Shown here piece by piece: positions 38,149 through 48,385 of a stretch of 64,000 nucleotides of DNA. Numbering within the stretch: position 1 is the stretch's first letter; each line of letters opens with the position of its first letter. This stretch comes from Clostridiales bacterium (GTDB lineage: Bacteria; Bacillota; Clostridia; Peptostreptococcales; Anaerovoracaceae), in NCBI GenBank assembly GCA_012841165.1, contig DUVF01000012.1, forward strand, positions 2,977-66,976, written 5' to 3'. Made by a program: the position numbers and the translations under genes. The notes below the pieces were generated by a model that was not told where the DNA came from, did not search any database, and saw only the letters and a list, made by a program, of their open reading frames with translations.

Positions 38149-39183
38149 ATGATTAATAAAATCGAAGACAATCAAATCCAACCTATCATATCGATGCGCG
38201 GACTGGGCAAGATCTTTAAGAGTAAAGACAGCCAGGTAAAAGCACTCGAAGATATCGATCTCGACATCTTTCCCGGTGAAATTTTTGGTATAATCGGTCT
38301 GTCCGGCGCCGGAAAGAGTACGCTGGTTCGCTGCATAAATTTTTTGGAGCGGCCCACCTCCGGCACCGTCTGGTTCGACGGGCTCGACCTGTCGACATTG
38401 TCAAAAAAAGAACTTCTCAAAACCCGCCAGTCGATGGGCATGATCTTTCAGCAATTCAATCTCCTGATGCAGCGCGACGTAGTCGCCAACATCTGCTTTC
38501 CGCTGGAGATCATCGGCATGGATAAAGCCAGCGCACGCAAGCGGGCGCTTGAGTTGCTCGAGGTAGTCGGCCTGACCGACAAGATACGGGCCTACCCCGC
38601 CCAACTATCCGGCGGCCAAAAACAAAGAGTCGCCATAGCCCGCGCTCTGGCCAGCAATCCCAAAGTCCTGCTCTGCGACGAAGCTACCAGCGCCCTCGAC
38701 CCATCGACCACCCGGTCGATCCTGGCGCTGCTCAAAGATATCAACCACCGGTTTGGCATCACCATTGTCATCATCACGCATGAAATGAGCGTTATCGAAT
38801 CGATCTGCCACCGGGTCGCCATCATCGACGACAGCCGCATTGCCGAAGTTGGCCACGTCGTCGACATATTCACCGACCCCAAGACCAGAGTCGGCCACAG
38901 CTTCGTTTTTCCGGATGGAGAACGCAGCGAGAAACTGGTCGGCACCCGCCTGTGCGAGATCCTCTTTGACGGCAATTCTTCCACCGAGCCGGTGCTGGCA
39001 AAGACCATCTTAGAATGCAACGCGCCGGTGAATATCATGTTCGCCGATACCCGCGATATTGACGGCCAGGCTTACGGCAGAATGCTCATCCAACTGCCGG
39101 AAGACGATGTTCTGGCCCACAAGGTACTGGCCTTCTTAAAAACCCAGAATGTAACGGTAAGGGAGGTGGAGAGTGGTGTTTAG
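38149..39183 (+). CDS. metN: methionine ABC transporter ATP-binding protein
   Basis: Walker A GLSGAGKST, signature LSGGQKQR and a C-terminal NIL domain. I placed the start at MINKIED (ATG 38149). Confidence 0.9.
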   Translation: MINKIEDNQIQPIISMRGLGKIFKSKDSQVKALEDIDLDIFPGEIFGIIGLSGAGKSTLVRCINFLERPTSGTVWFDGLDLSTLSKKELLKTRQSMGMIFQQFNLLMQRDVVANICFPLEIIGMDKASARKRALELLEVVGLTDKIRAYPAQLSGGQKQRVAIARALASNPKVLLCDEATSALDPSTTRSILALLKDINHRFGITIVIITHEMSVIESICHRVAIIDDSRIAEVGHVVDIFTDPKTRVGHSFVFPDGERSEKLVGTRLCEILFDGNSSTEPVLAKTILECNAPVNIMFADTRDIDGQAYGRMLIQLPEDDVLAHKVLAFLKTQNVTVREVESGV

Positions 39184-39838
39184 CCAAGAAATGCTTACAA
39201 TGTACGGAGTTGAACTGGTGAAAACCCTCTATATGACGCTGGCTTCGACTGCCATCGCCTATCTCATCGGTTTGCCGATCGGCGTACTGCTGATCGTAAC
39301 GGATAAAGGGCGACATCCCTTCATCCGTTTCCTGAACGCGCTGATCGGCCTGCCGGTCAATTTCCTGCGCTCGATCCCCTTCCTCATCCTGATGATCGCG
39401 CTGTTTCCCTTTACCGCCCTGATCATCGGTACGACGATCGGACCGAACGCGGCCATAGTCGCCCTGGTGGTCGGATCAGCTCCGTTTATCGCCCGCCTGG
39501 TGGAATCTTCTCTGCGTGAAGTCGATTCCGGAGTGATCGAAGCCGCCCAGTCGATGGGCGCCTCGACCGCCCAGATCGTTCGCAAGGTGCTCCTGCCGGA
39601 GGCCCTGCCTTCGCTCATTGTCGGCGCCACCATCGCGGTGACGACCATCCTGAGTTATTCTGCGATGGCAGGCATCCTCGGCGCCGGAGGCCTGGGCGAT
39701 GTCGCTATCCGCTACGGACTGTACCGCTACGATACACCGACCATGCTGGTGACCCTGGTATTGCTGGTTCTGCTGGTCCAAACCATGCAAGAAGCGGGCA
39801 TGAAGCTGGCCAAGATAGTCGACCGGCGCATCAATTAA
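39173..39838 (+). CDS. metI: methionine ABC transporter permease
   Basis: 221 aa polytopic protein with an EAA-like loop (EAAQSMGAS). It overlaps the metN end. Confidence 0.9.
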   Translation: MVFSQEMLTMYGVELVKTLYMTLASTAIAYLIGLPIGVLLIVTDKGRHPFIRFLNALIGLPVNFLRSIPFLILMIALFPFTALIIGTTIGPNAAIVALVVGSAPFIARLVESSLREVDSGVIEAAQSMGASTAQIVRKVLLPEALPSLIVGATIAVTTILSYSAMAGILGAGGLGDVAIRYGLYRYDTPTMLVTLVLLVLLVQTMQEAGMKLAKIVDRRIN

Positions 39839-39877
39839 GATCATTAAAATTTTAACTATAATAATGGAGGTACCCAA

Positions 39878-40711
39878 ATGAAGAAGTTCTTAGCTGTTTC
39901 TCTGATCCTACTGTTAGCGCTAAGCGTTTTTGCCGGCTGCGCCCCCAAAGCTGAGGAACCGGACGCTGCCACAACCGAGCCGGTCGTCATCAAAGTCGGC
40001 GCCAGCCCGGCTCCGCATGCTGAGATTCTGGCTATCGTCAAACCCTTGCTGGCCGAAGAGGGCATCGATCTGCAGATCACTGAATTCACCGATTATGTGC
40101 TGCCTAACATGGCTTTAGACTCCGGGGATATCGATGCCAATTATTTCCAGCATCAACCCTATCTGGATGATTTTAATAAAGAAAAAGGCACCGCACTGGT
40201 AAGCATTGCCGCCATCCACTATGAGCCCTTTGGTATCTATCCGGGCAAAACCAAAACTTTAGACGCCTTAGCCGATGGCGCTAAAATCGCCGTCCCCAAC
40301 GACACCACCAACGAAGCCCGGGCATTGCTGCTGCTCGAAGCTGAGGGACTGATCAAGCTCAAGGAAGGCGTCGGCCTGAACGCCACCAAGATCGATATTG
40401 TTGAAAATCCGAAAAATTTTGACATAGTCGAATTAGAAGCCGCCCAGCTGCCCCGCCTGCTGTCAGATGTCGATGTAGCTGTCATCAACGGCAACTTCGC
40501 CATCGATGCCGGCCTCAAGGTCGGCGAAGACGCCCTGGCCACAGAATCCGCCGAGTCGGAAGCCGCCCTGACCTACGCCAATGTGCTTGTGGTTAAAGAG
40601 GGTAATGAGTCAAAACCCGAATTGGTCGCTCTGGCAAACGCGCTGAAATCACCTGAAGTCAAAAAGTTCATTGACGAAACCTACGAAGGCGCCGTTGTCG
40701 CGATGTTTTAA
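39878..40711 (+). CDS. metQ: methionine ABC transporter substrate-binding lipoprotein (NlpA/MetQ family)
   Basis: Lipobox VFAGC and the MetQ-like motif NYFQHQPYL. GGAGG RBS. Confidence 0.9.
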   Translation: MKKFLAVSLILLLALSVFAGCAPKAEEPDAATTEPVVIKVGASPAPHAEILAIVKPLLAEEGIDLQITEFTDYVLPNMALDSGDIDANYFQHQPYLDDFNKEKGTALVSIAAIHYEPFGIYPGKTKTLDALADGAKIAVPNDTTNEARALLLLEAEGLIKLKEGVGLNATKIDIVENPKNFDIVELEAAQLPRLLSDVDVAVINGNFAIDAGLKVGEDALATESAESEAALTYANVLVVKEGNESKPELVALANALKSPEVKKFIDETYEGAVVAMF

Positions 40712-40756
40712 GTCGCACACAGCTGCCTCATAAAGTTACTGTGGAAGCGGAATCAG

Positions 40757-40800
40757 AAAGAGACGGTAGCCCGCAAAAGCTACCGTCTCTTTTCAATTTT
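40757..40800. terminator. intrinsic terminator between metQ and trxB (convergent)
   Basis: A 12-bp perfect stem AGAGACGGTAGC/GCTACCGTCTCT with an 8-nt loop, followed by TTTCAATTTT. Confidence 0.8.
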
Positions 40801-40906
40801 CTTGTATCCTCTTAAAGCTAGTCGCCCCTCTAATACCTTCAGTAAACTGATCCCCTTCCTTATGGCCGATTCAATTCCTGATGATCGATATTTGCCTCCT
40901 GACGGC

Positions 40907-41851
40907 CTATTCACCGCCCATGGAATCGATGTACTTGGCGGCCTGGACCGCCGCCAACGCGCCGTCCGCTACCGCTGTAATCACCTGACGGAAGGTTTTT
41001 TTGCGCAGGTCGCCGGCGGCGAAAACGCCCGGCACATTAGTACGCATCTCCTCATCAGTCAGGATGTAGCCATTTTCCATGTCGATTTTTCCCGCGAAGA
41101 GTTCGGTCGTCGGCTTGAAACCGATAAAGACAAAAACGCCCAAAAATCCATCGTTCGGGTCTGCCTTTATGACTGTCTCTTTGCCGGTTTTGACATTCTC
41201 GACCACGACAGTGTCAAGCACTTCGCCGCCCCGCAGCTCTTTGACTACAGAATCCCACATAAAATCGATCTTGGGGTTGGCAAAAGCTTTTTCCTGAAGA
41301 GATTCTACCGCCCGTAACTGATCGCGCCGGTGAATGACCGTTACTTTTCGAGCATGATTGGTCAGTTCGATAGCTTCCGTTATGGCCGAATCACCGCCGC
41401 CGACGACGAAAACTTCGAGGCCGGAAAAGAACGCTCCGTCACAGGTCGCGCAGTAGGATACGCCCCGGCCGGTGAAGGACATTTCCCCGGGAGCGCCGAT
41501 AGAGATCGGGTAGGCGCCGCTGGCGATGATGACAGTCCGGCCTTGATATGTCTCGGCAATGCCTTTTACCTTCTTGATTTCACCGGAAAGATCGACCTCG
41601 GTGGCGGTGTCATATATGAGTTCAGCTCCAAATTTCAGGACCTGGGACTTCATTCTTTCAATCAGCGAGATGCCGCTTTCTTTATCGAGCGAACCCGGGT
41701 AGTTGGCGATCTCCGAAGTATAGATAATCTGTCCGCCTTCACGCGCTTTCTCTAAAATCAGGGTGCTGCGTTTCGACCGCCCCCCGTATATACCTGCCGC
41801 CAAGCCGGCCGGGCCGGCGCCGATGACGATGATATCATAGATCTTTGACAT
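40907..41851 (-). CDS. trxB: thioredoxin-disulfide reductase
   Basis: Carries GAGPAG, the redox-active CATCDG, and the GGGDSA NADPH motif. I placed the start at MSKIYD (ATG 41851). Confidence 0.92.
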   Translation of the reverse strand: MSKIYDIIVIGAGPAGLAAGIYGGRSKRSTLILEKAREGGQIIYTSEIANYPGSLDKESGISLIERMKSQVLKFGAELIYDTATEVDLSGEIKKVKGIAETYQGRTVIIASGAYPISIGAPGEMSFTGRGVSYCATCDGAFFSGLEVFVVGGGDSAITEAIELTNHARKVTVIHRRDQLRAVESLQEKAFANPKIDFMWDSVVKELRGGEVLDTVVVENVKTGKETVIKADPNDGFLGVFVFIGFKPTTELFAGKIDMENGYILTDEEMRTNVPGVFAAGDLRKKTFRQVITAVADGALAAVQAAKYIDSMGGE

Positions 41852-41935
41852 AGTGCTCTTCCTTTCCTGCACCTGTTATTAATGCTTTACATCTTTAGCG
41901 TTTAGCGCCAGTTTTTTCAGCAGTTGTTTTCAGCG

Positions 41936-42712
41936 TCAGCGAGCCTTATCGGCGTTCCGGTCGTAGAGTATACGCAATCCGCGCAAAGTCAGATTCTTAT
42001 CAACTATCATTTTGTGCCGGCAAAAGGGAGCCACCAGCTCGATCAGACCGCCGGTCGCCAGAATAGTAGCTTTTTTACCCATTTCAGCTTCCACCCGATC
42101 GATGATGCCGTCCAACATCGCGGCGTTGCCGTAAATAACGCCCGATTGCATGCAATCGACCGTGTTTTTACCGACTAAGATCTTGGGCTCGTCCAGGCTG
42201 ATGCGCGGCAGTTGAGCGGTGCGGGCCGACAGAGCGTCAGTCGACAAGCGCAGTCCGGGAATGATCATACCGCCGCTGTAATGGCCGCAGCAATCTATTA
42301 CCGAAAGTTTGGTCGCTGTTCCCATATCGAAGATCAGAATAGGCAGAGGATACAGGTTCAAGGCGGCGACTGAATTGACCAAAAGATCGGCGCCTAATGT
42401 TGATGGCGTATCCATATCTATCACCAACCCTGTATCAAGCTCTATCGTTGCCGTCAGCGGCCGCTTGCCGGTGACCATTTCCACTGCGTCGTGCAGTTCG
42501 TTCTTTAAATCCGGTACGACGGAGGCGATGATGCCGCCTTCGATCTCCTCAGGTTTGATGTTGTTCAATTCGAGCAGGTCGTCGAACATCAAAGCATATT
42601 CGTCCGCTGTCTTGGCGCGGTCGGTGCTGAAACGCGCTGTAAAGCGAAGCTCATCCCCCTCCATTACACCGATGACGATGTTAGTGTTGCCTAAATCAAT
42701 TGTTAATATCAC
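41936..42712 (-). CDS. coaX: type III pantothenate kinase
   Basis: 258 aa with the ILTIDLGNTN phosphate-1 motif. GTG start 7 nt after AAGGAGG. Confidence 0.9.
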   Translation of the reverse strand: MILTIDLGNTNIVIGVMEGDELRFTARFSTDRAKTADEYALMFDDLLELNNIKPEEIEGGIIASVVPDLKNELHDAVEMVTGKRPLTATIELDTGLVIDMDTPSTLGADLLVNSVAALNLYPLPILIFDMGTATKLSVIDCCGHYSGGMIIPGLRLSTDALSARTAQLPRISLDEPKILVGKNTVDCMQSGVIYGNAAMLDGIIDRVEAEMGKKATILATGGLIELVAPFCRHKMIVDKNLTLRGLRILYDRNADKAR

Positions 42713-42850
42713 CAGTCAGCCTCCTTGATGGAATCTGTACCATTATATTAGATTTTCCCGCAATTTGCAAAAGAATTCGTTTACGCTACGGCCAGCCTTT
42801 GTTATACTTTTTAGAGCACCATCTGCTAACCAGGGAGGAGGAACGATTCC

Positions 42851-44050
42851 ATGCTGAAAGATAAAACCATCCTGCTCGGCGTCAGCGGCGGCATTGCCGC
42901 CTATAAAGCAGCTTTTCTGGCTTCCCTTCTGGTCAAACAGGACGCGATAGTTCGAGTTCTGATGACACAGAACGCTGGCAAGTTCGTCTCTCCGTTGACC
43001 TTTGAAACACTGGTCGGCTCCCGGGTCGCTCAGGATACTTTCGATCCGGACTATCCCTCCGCCACCATGCACATCGACCTGGCCAAACAGGCGCAGCTGG
43101 TGCTGATCGCTCCGGCCACCGCCAACATCATCGCCAAGCTGGCGAATGGAATCGCAGACGACATGCTCACCAGCACAGTCCTGGCAAGCACCTGCCCCAA
43201 GCTGATCGCGCCGGCGATGAACACCCACATGTGGCAGAATCCCGTTACACAAGCCAACATCGAACGCTTACGCCATTTCGACTGGAAGATCATAGAACCC
43301 GGTTCAGGGCGCCTGGCCTGCGGCGACATCGGCGAAGGCAAAATGGCCGAAGCGGAAGAGCTGTTAGACGCGGTATTGCAAGAGATCGCTTACGAAAAAG
43401 ATCTAGCTGGCTGGCGCATTCTCGTCACAGCCGGTCCAACCCGCGAAGCGATCGATCCGGTGCGCTTCCTGACCAATTATTCGTCCGGCAAGATGGGCTA
43501 CGCGATTGCCCGGGCCGCCTCTCTGCGTGGCGCTCAAGTGACCCTGGTGACAGGCCAGACCGCGCTTCCTCCGCCGCCCTACATGGATATCGTCTCAGTA
43601 TCTTCCGCCGCCGATATGTTCGAGGCCGTCATTTCTCGCAGTGAAAAGCAAGACGTCATCATCAAGGCCGCCGCGGTGGCCGATTTCCGGCCGCAGACAA
43701 CCGCCAACGAAAAAGTCAAGAAAACCGGCGAAGACAATCTTTCAATCCCCCTCGCCCGCACGCAGGACATCCTGAAATACCTGGGCGAACATAAACCCAA
43801 GGGTCAGTTTTTATGTGGCTTTTCCATGGAAACAGAAAATATGATAGAGAATTCCAAAAAGAAACTGGAGAACAAACATTTAGACTTGATAGCCTGCAAC
43901 AATTTAAAAGACGAGGGCTCGGGCTTTATCGTCGGCACAACTAAGCTGACCCTGATATCGAGCGATGATGAGATCGTCCTGCCTCTGCTTGACAAGACAG
44001 CCGCTGCTCATCGGCTGTTGGATGAGATCGTGCTTCGGCGAAAGGCATGA
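42851..44050 (+). CDS. coaBC: bifunctional phosphopantothenoylcysteine decarboxylase / phosphopantothenate-cysteine ligase
   Basis: 399 aa with an N-terminal flavoprotein domain (GVSGGIAAYK, PAMN) and a C-terminal CoaB domain (NYSSGKMG). Confidence 0.93.
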   Translation: MLKDKTILLGVSGGIAAYKAAFLASLLVKQDAIVRVLMTQNAGKFVSPLTFETLVGSRVAQDTFDPDYPSATMHIDLAKQAQLVLIAPATANIIAKLANGIADDMLTSTVLASTCPKLIAPAMNTHMWQNPVTQANIERLRHFDWKIIEPGSGRLACGDIGEGKMAEAEELLDAVLQEIAYEKDLAGWRILVTAGPTREAIDPVRFLTNYSSGKMGYAIARAASLRGAQVTLVTGQTALPPPPYMDIVSVSSAADMFEAVISRSEKQDVIIKAAAVADFRPQTTANEKVKKTGEDNLSIPLARTQDILKYLGEHKPKGQFLCGFSMETENMIENSKKKLENKHLDLIACNNLKDEGSGFIVGTTKLTLISSDDEIVLPLLDKTAAAHRLLDEIVLRRKA

Positions 44051-44055
44051 TCTGT

Positions 44056-45138
44056 TTAAACAGGTCCGGTCATTTCTCCACGTAGATCCTGACCCATCAA
44101 CAGCTTAATCTCTTCAAGCGCCAAATTTTGACTCAAGAGATAATACAGTTTCGTAACCGCAGCTTCGACCGTCAGATCATAGCCGCTGACTGCTCCGGCT
44201 TCGATCAGCGAACCGCTGGTTTCATATTTGCCGAGAACTGCCGAACCGCGCAGGCACTGTGTACAGACAACAGCGACTGTCCGGTTGGCTTTAGCTGCTT
44301 CCAGCAGACGATCTAATGCGCCCCGCTGATCGGGGATGTTGCCGGCGCCAAAGGCCTCAATGACGATGCCCTTGAGCTGTTCCGTCATTATATTCTCGAA
44401 CACTTCAAACTGAATGCCCGGAAAAATCTTCAGCACCGCTATCTGGTGCTCCGCAAACGGTGTGAAATCCAACGCGGCCGCATGGCCGCCCGCTTCTCCA
44501 TGCCCGGCACCATCATTATCAGCTTCCCGACGGACATACTGGCCGGCATTCCGGTTGCGCACATTGCGCTCGTTGATGGTGATGCGCACCCCCGCTTCCG
44601 CCAGCTTCGGATAGTTGGGCGAATCGAACGCAATCAACTGATCCGAACTGATTTTCGTGGAACGGTTTCCGCGCAACAGGGCGCTGCCGAAATAGAGGCA
44701 TACTTCCGGGATCTTAGATTCAGCGGCAATCAGAAGGGCCGTCACCAGATTATCACGGGCGTCGGTCCGCAGCTGGCAGAGCGGTATCTGTGAGCCTGTC
44801 AGTACGACCGGCTTGGTCAAACCGCCCAGCATGAAGGACAGAGCCGAGGCGGTATAGGCCATTGTATCGGTGCCGTGCAGAATCACAAAGCCGTCGTATT
44901 TATCATAGAGTTCCGTAATATGCCGTCCGATTTGGTTCCATTCTTTGACAGAAATGTTAGAAGAATCAAGTAGCGGGGAGAATTCGATCAGATCGTACTC
45001 CGGCATCTCCGGCAGCTTCAATTCATCCATGACGCTCAGCGCCTGCTCCATAAACCCGGCTTTCGGCGCGTAACCGTGATCGGTCAGCGCCATGCCGATG
45101 GTTCCTCCAGTATGCAGCAGGCACACCCGTTTTTTCAT
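44056..45138 (-). CDS. ansA: type I L-asparaginase (with a Gly/Ala/His-rich insertion)
   Basis: 360 aa with the catalytic motifs LHTGGTIG and HGTDTMAY. Confidence 0.85.
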   Translation of the reverse strand: MKKRVCLLHTGGTIGMALTDHGYAPKAGFMEQALSVMDELKLPEMPEYDLIEFSPLLDSSNISVKEWNQIGRHITELYDKYDGFVILHGTDTMAYTASALSFMLGGLTKPVVLTGSQIPLCQLRTDARDNLVTALLIAAESKIPEVCLYFGSALLRGNRSTKISSDQLIAFDSPNYPKLAEAGVRITINERNVRNRNAGQYVRREADNDGAGHGEAGGHAAALDFTPFAEHQIAVLKIFPGIQFEVFENIMTEQLKGIVIEAFGAGNIPDQRGALDRLLEAAKANRTVAVVCTQCLRGSAVLGKYETSGSLIEAGAVSGYDLTVEAAVTKLYYLLSQNLALEEIKLLMGQDLRGEMTGPV

Positions 45139-45186
45139 AAATGCCTTCTTTCTTTTAAGAAATTCCCGCTCTTACAGCTTCCGGCC

Positions 45187-45957
45187 CTACAGCTTCAACT
45201 CCGATCTCTGCGAATTGTATTTCCAGTCTTTAGCATCTAACTCTTTCAACGCGCCGGCTACACAATCGACCAGCGCTTCCGTCATGGCGCGGCCTTTCTC
45301 GGGCGTCGCCTTGGTCGGATCACCGGTAGCGGCAGTATCGGTCAGTTCGGCAAAATCCCATTTAATCTCGACATGATCCGGCAGATTATCGGGCACGACG
45401 CCGCTGGCCAGTTCGGGCTGACACCATTCCGGATACAGATAGTAAGCGATCGACGATTCTCCTTCTCCGGCATGGCCGAGACCATCCCAGACTTCAAAGG
45501 TGCCGGGCGGCAGCAGTTCGCCTGCCGTCACCCACCAGGCCGGCAGCGCCGCGATGCGCGCGTCGGGATATTTTTCCTTGATTTTGCGCGACGCAATCTC
45601 CATCGGCGCGATATTACCATCATGCCCGTTCATCAGGAATATTCTATTGATGCCGTTGCGGATGGTTGACTCTAAAATGTCGTAGATGACCTGAGTAACG
45701 GTATCGTAAGCTAATGTTATGGTAAAAGGGAACTGATCGTAATGTGCGCTGTAACCCACAGTCACCGGCGGCAGTACCAGAAGTCCGTCGACCTTGTCCG
45801 CCACCATATTGCTGAGGCGGTAGGAGACGATGGTATCGGTGCCTTCGGCCAGATGCGGACCATGCGCTTCGCAGGAGCCGATCGCCAAAATCGCCTTATC
45901 ATAATTACCGGCCTTTACCTGTGTCGCCGTCAGTTTGAGCAATTCATGGTTTGCCAT
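45187..45957 (-). CDS. creatininase-family metal-dependent amidohydrolase
   Basis: 256 aa with GSCEAHGPHL, NGHDGN and HAGEGE motifs, characteristic of the creatinine amidohydrolase/ArfB/MftE family. AAGGAGG RBS. Confidence 0.8.
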   Translation of the reverse strand: MANHELLKLTATQVKAGNYDKAILAIGSCEAHGPHLAEGTDTIVSYRLSNMVADKVDGLLVLPPVTVGYSAHYDQFPFTITLAYDTVTQVIYDILESTIRNGINRIFLMNGHDGNIAPMEIASRKIKEKYPDARIAALPAWWVTAGELLPPGTFEVWDGLGHAGEGESSIAYYLYPEWCQPELASGVVPDNLPDHVEIKWDFAELTDTAATGDPTKATPEKGRAMTEALVDCVAGALKELDAKDWKYNSQRSELKL

Positions 45958-45980
45958 GTGTTTTCCTCCTTCTTGTCAAA

Positions 45981-46010
45981 CAGGACGGTCTCCTATCGGA
46001 GACCGCCCTG
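45981..46010 (-). terminator. strong stem-loop between the binding-protein gene and the creatininase gene (partial terminator or mRNA stabiliser)
   Basis: On the minus strand: CAGGGCGGTCTCC-GATA-GGAGACCGTCCTG, a 13-bp stem with one G-U pair, followed by TTTG. Confidence 0.6.
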
Positions 46011-46030
46011 TCTGTTTCAGACCTGACTAT

Positions 46031-47218
46031 TTACAGAAAGACTTCTTTCTGGAAGACGAATTTGCCGCCTTCTACTTTATTGATGGTGACCGATTTGGTC
46101 GGTACCCGGCTGCCCTCTTCATAGGTGACGGTGCCGGTGACACCCTTCAGGTTCTTGGTCGCCCCTATTGCATCGCGAATCGCCGCCGGATCGGTCGGAT
46201 CGGTCGCGTTCTTCAGCGCGTTGGCTATCAGATACATAGTGTCATAACCCAGTGCCGCAAAGGCGTTCTCAGGCGCATGGCCGTAGACAGCGGTGTAGTC
46301 GGCTACGAATTTCTGAACTGCCGGATCGGTGTTCTCTAAGGAAGCATGTGTTCCGACATAGACATTGTTAGCCGCATCGCCGGCCACTTCCATCAGCAAC
46401 GGAGTATCGAAACCGTCGCCGCTGATGATGGGCAGGGTGACGCCTTTGTCGCGGAACTGCTTGACGACTACGCCGGCGTCATCGGGCACACCGGAGATGA
46501 ACAGGATCTCCGCACCGCCTTTATCGGCTAAAAAGCGATCAATCTGAGCGGAGAAATCCGGATCCTTGTTCATGTAGTTATCGGTCAGAACAATGGTGCC
46601 GCCCTTTTCTTCATAGCGCTCCTTGAAGAAGTGAGCCAGGGTCTTGGTGAATTCCATGGACTGGTCGATCAACAGATAGCATTTGGTCATTTTGAGATCG
46701 TCGATCGCATAATCTGCGCAGGCATAGGCTTGCACATTGTCGCCGAAGGGCGCCAGAAACGCGTAATCACCGACTTGCTCAGGCAGCGTGGGCAGAGTCG
46801 CTCCCGAAGTGATAAAGGGGATCGAATTGCTCTGGCAGACGCCGCCGGCCGCTAAAGCATAGTTTGAGTCAGACAGACCGGCTACCACAACGGCCTTCTC
46901 TACGTCGATCAACTTCTTGGCCGCGCTGGCAACCGACGCCTGATCGGTCTTGCCATCAACGACTTTGACCTCAATCATTTTGCCGTTGATGCCGCCGGCC
47001 GCATTGATCTCATCAGCTGCCATCTTGAATCCGTTGTAGGACGGCTGATCCAGCGATGCCTGGCCGCCTGTTAGATTAAACAAGGCTCCGACATTAATAG
47101 TGTCCGCCGCCGGGGATGCGCCCTCGTCTTCTGACTTATCTTTAGCGCAGCCTGTAAAGGCGAACGCCAGCATCAACGCGAGCATGACCAGCAGCGTTTT
47201 CTTCAGCGTTTTTTTCAT
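46031..47218 (-). CDS. type-1 periplasmic-binding-fold ABC substrate-binding lipoprotein (LivJ/AmiC/UrtA superfamily)
   Basis: 395 aa with lipobox AFTGC and a Leu/Ile/Val-binding-protein-like fold pattern. AGGAGGAGG RBS. Confidence 0.85.
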   Translation of the reverse strand: MKKTLKKTLLVMLALMLAFAFTGCAKDKSEDEGASPAADTINVGALFNLTGGQASLDQPSYNGFKMAADEINAAGGINGKMIEVKVVDGKTDQASVASAAKKLIDVEKAVVVAGLSDSNYALAAGGVCQSNSIPFITSGATLPTLPEQVGDYAFLAPFGDNVQAYACADYAIDDLKMTKCYLLIDQSMEFTKTLAHFFKERYEEKGGTIVLTDNYMNKDPDFSAQIDRFLADKGGAEILFISGVPDDAGVVVKQFRDKGVTLPIISGDGFDTPLLMEVAGDAANNVYVGTHASLENTDPAVQKFVADYTAVYGHAPENAFAALGYDTMYLIANALKNATDPTDPAAIRDAIGATKNLKGVTGTVTYEEGSRVPTKSVTINKVEGGKFVFQKEVFL

Positions 47219-47242
47219 GTGTGGTTCCTCCTCCTTAAACTA

Positions 47243-48385
47243 CTATAACGACTTATGCTTTTGACCCACCCAACGGGCCTTTAAACTCTGCCAGCTCCGA
47301 ACCGGCAATGTGACGATAGCTTTCGCCAGACTGCTGTATTGATCAGGTCGGAACAGGCTGAGGTAGGTCTCCCTGGAAAAAAGGCTGTCTGTAATAATCT
47401 CACTATAGCCCATGATGCCCTGCCTGCGGAAGATGATAATCAAAATCAAAGCTGCGGCCAGAATCATATTGGACGCGCCATAGAGCTCAGGAAGCTGCAC
47501 GCCGAACAAGGTGATGCCGGTCTCCAGCGGCGCCAGTAATTCAGGAATAAAGGTCATCAGCGCTGAACCGACAATAGCTCCGCTGAGCGAAAACATCCCG
47601 CCGATGATGGATGTCTCGACGATCTTAAAACTGGTATCTATATAGAAAAACTTCCCGGAAATGACGCTCTGCATGTGCCCCCACAAACCTCCAGCCATCC
47701 CGGCCATGAAGGCGCTGATGAGGAAGGCGGACAGTTTCTTGGTGGTCAGGTTCACACCCAGTGTCTGGGCAGCTGTCCAGTCATCGCGCATAGCGATCAG
47801 GCCCCGGCCATAGCTGCTGTGGATAAGCCTGTACAGCACAAACAGGCAGAGGATGGCCACCGAAAAAATAATGCCGGTTGAAGCGTAGTCCGGCAAACCG
47901 GTCACACCCCGGGCACCGTTTGTGATTTGATCTTCGTTGTCCAGCACCGCCCGCACTATCACGATCAACCCAATGGTGGCGACCGAAAGATAATGTCCCT
48001 TAAAACGCAGTACCGGAAAGCCGATCAACAGCGCGGTAACACTGGCCAGCACACCGGCGACCAGCAAGGTGACAGGAAACGGCAGGGTCAGATGCATCAG
48101 CCAATCGGGCAATGCCGGCATGAGAAAAACTTTTTGATCGGCGGTTAAAGTCAGCATCGCCGAGGCGTAAGCGCCTATGGCCATAAAAGCAGCATGACCC
48201 ATCGAAAACATGCCCGAATAACCGTTCACCAGATTAAGACTGGCAACCAGAATTATGTTTATGCCGAATAAATGGACCAACCCCGAATAATAGCTGCCGC
48301 TGTTCATACTGGTCACGATTAATCCTATCAGGGGCAGGATCACGAAGATGATCAGGCGGAACAGATGGTTGTCGCGCAAGCGCAT
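47243..48385 (-). CDS. branched-chain-amino-acid-type ABC permease (LivM family)
   Basis: 380 aa polytopic protein. Its start overlaps the LivH-like stop (TGATG). Confidence 0.85.
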   Translation of the reverse strand: MRLRDNHLFRLIIFVILPLIGLIVTSMNSGSYYSGLVHLFGINIILVASLNLVNGYSGMFSMGHAAFMAIGAYASAMLTLTADQKVFLMPALPDWLMHLTLPFPVTLLVAGVLASVTALLIGFPVLRFKGHYLSVATIGLIVIVRAVLDNEDQITNGARGVTGLPDYASTGIIFSVAILCLFVLYRLIHSSYGRGLIAMRDDWTAAQTLGVNLTTKKLSAFLISAFMAGMAGGLWGHMQSVISGKFFYIDTSFKIVETSIIGGMFSLSGAIVGSALMTFIPELLAPLETGITLFGVQLPELYGASNMILAAALILIIIFRRQGIMGYSEIITDSLFSRETYLSLFRPDQYSSLAKAIVTLPVRSWQSLKARWVGQKHKSL

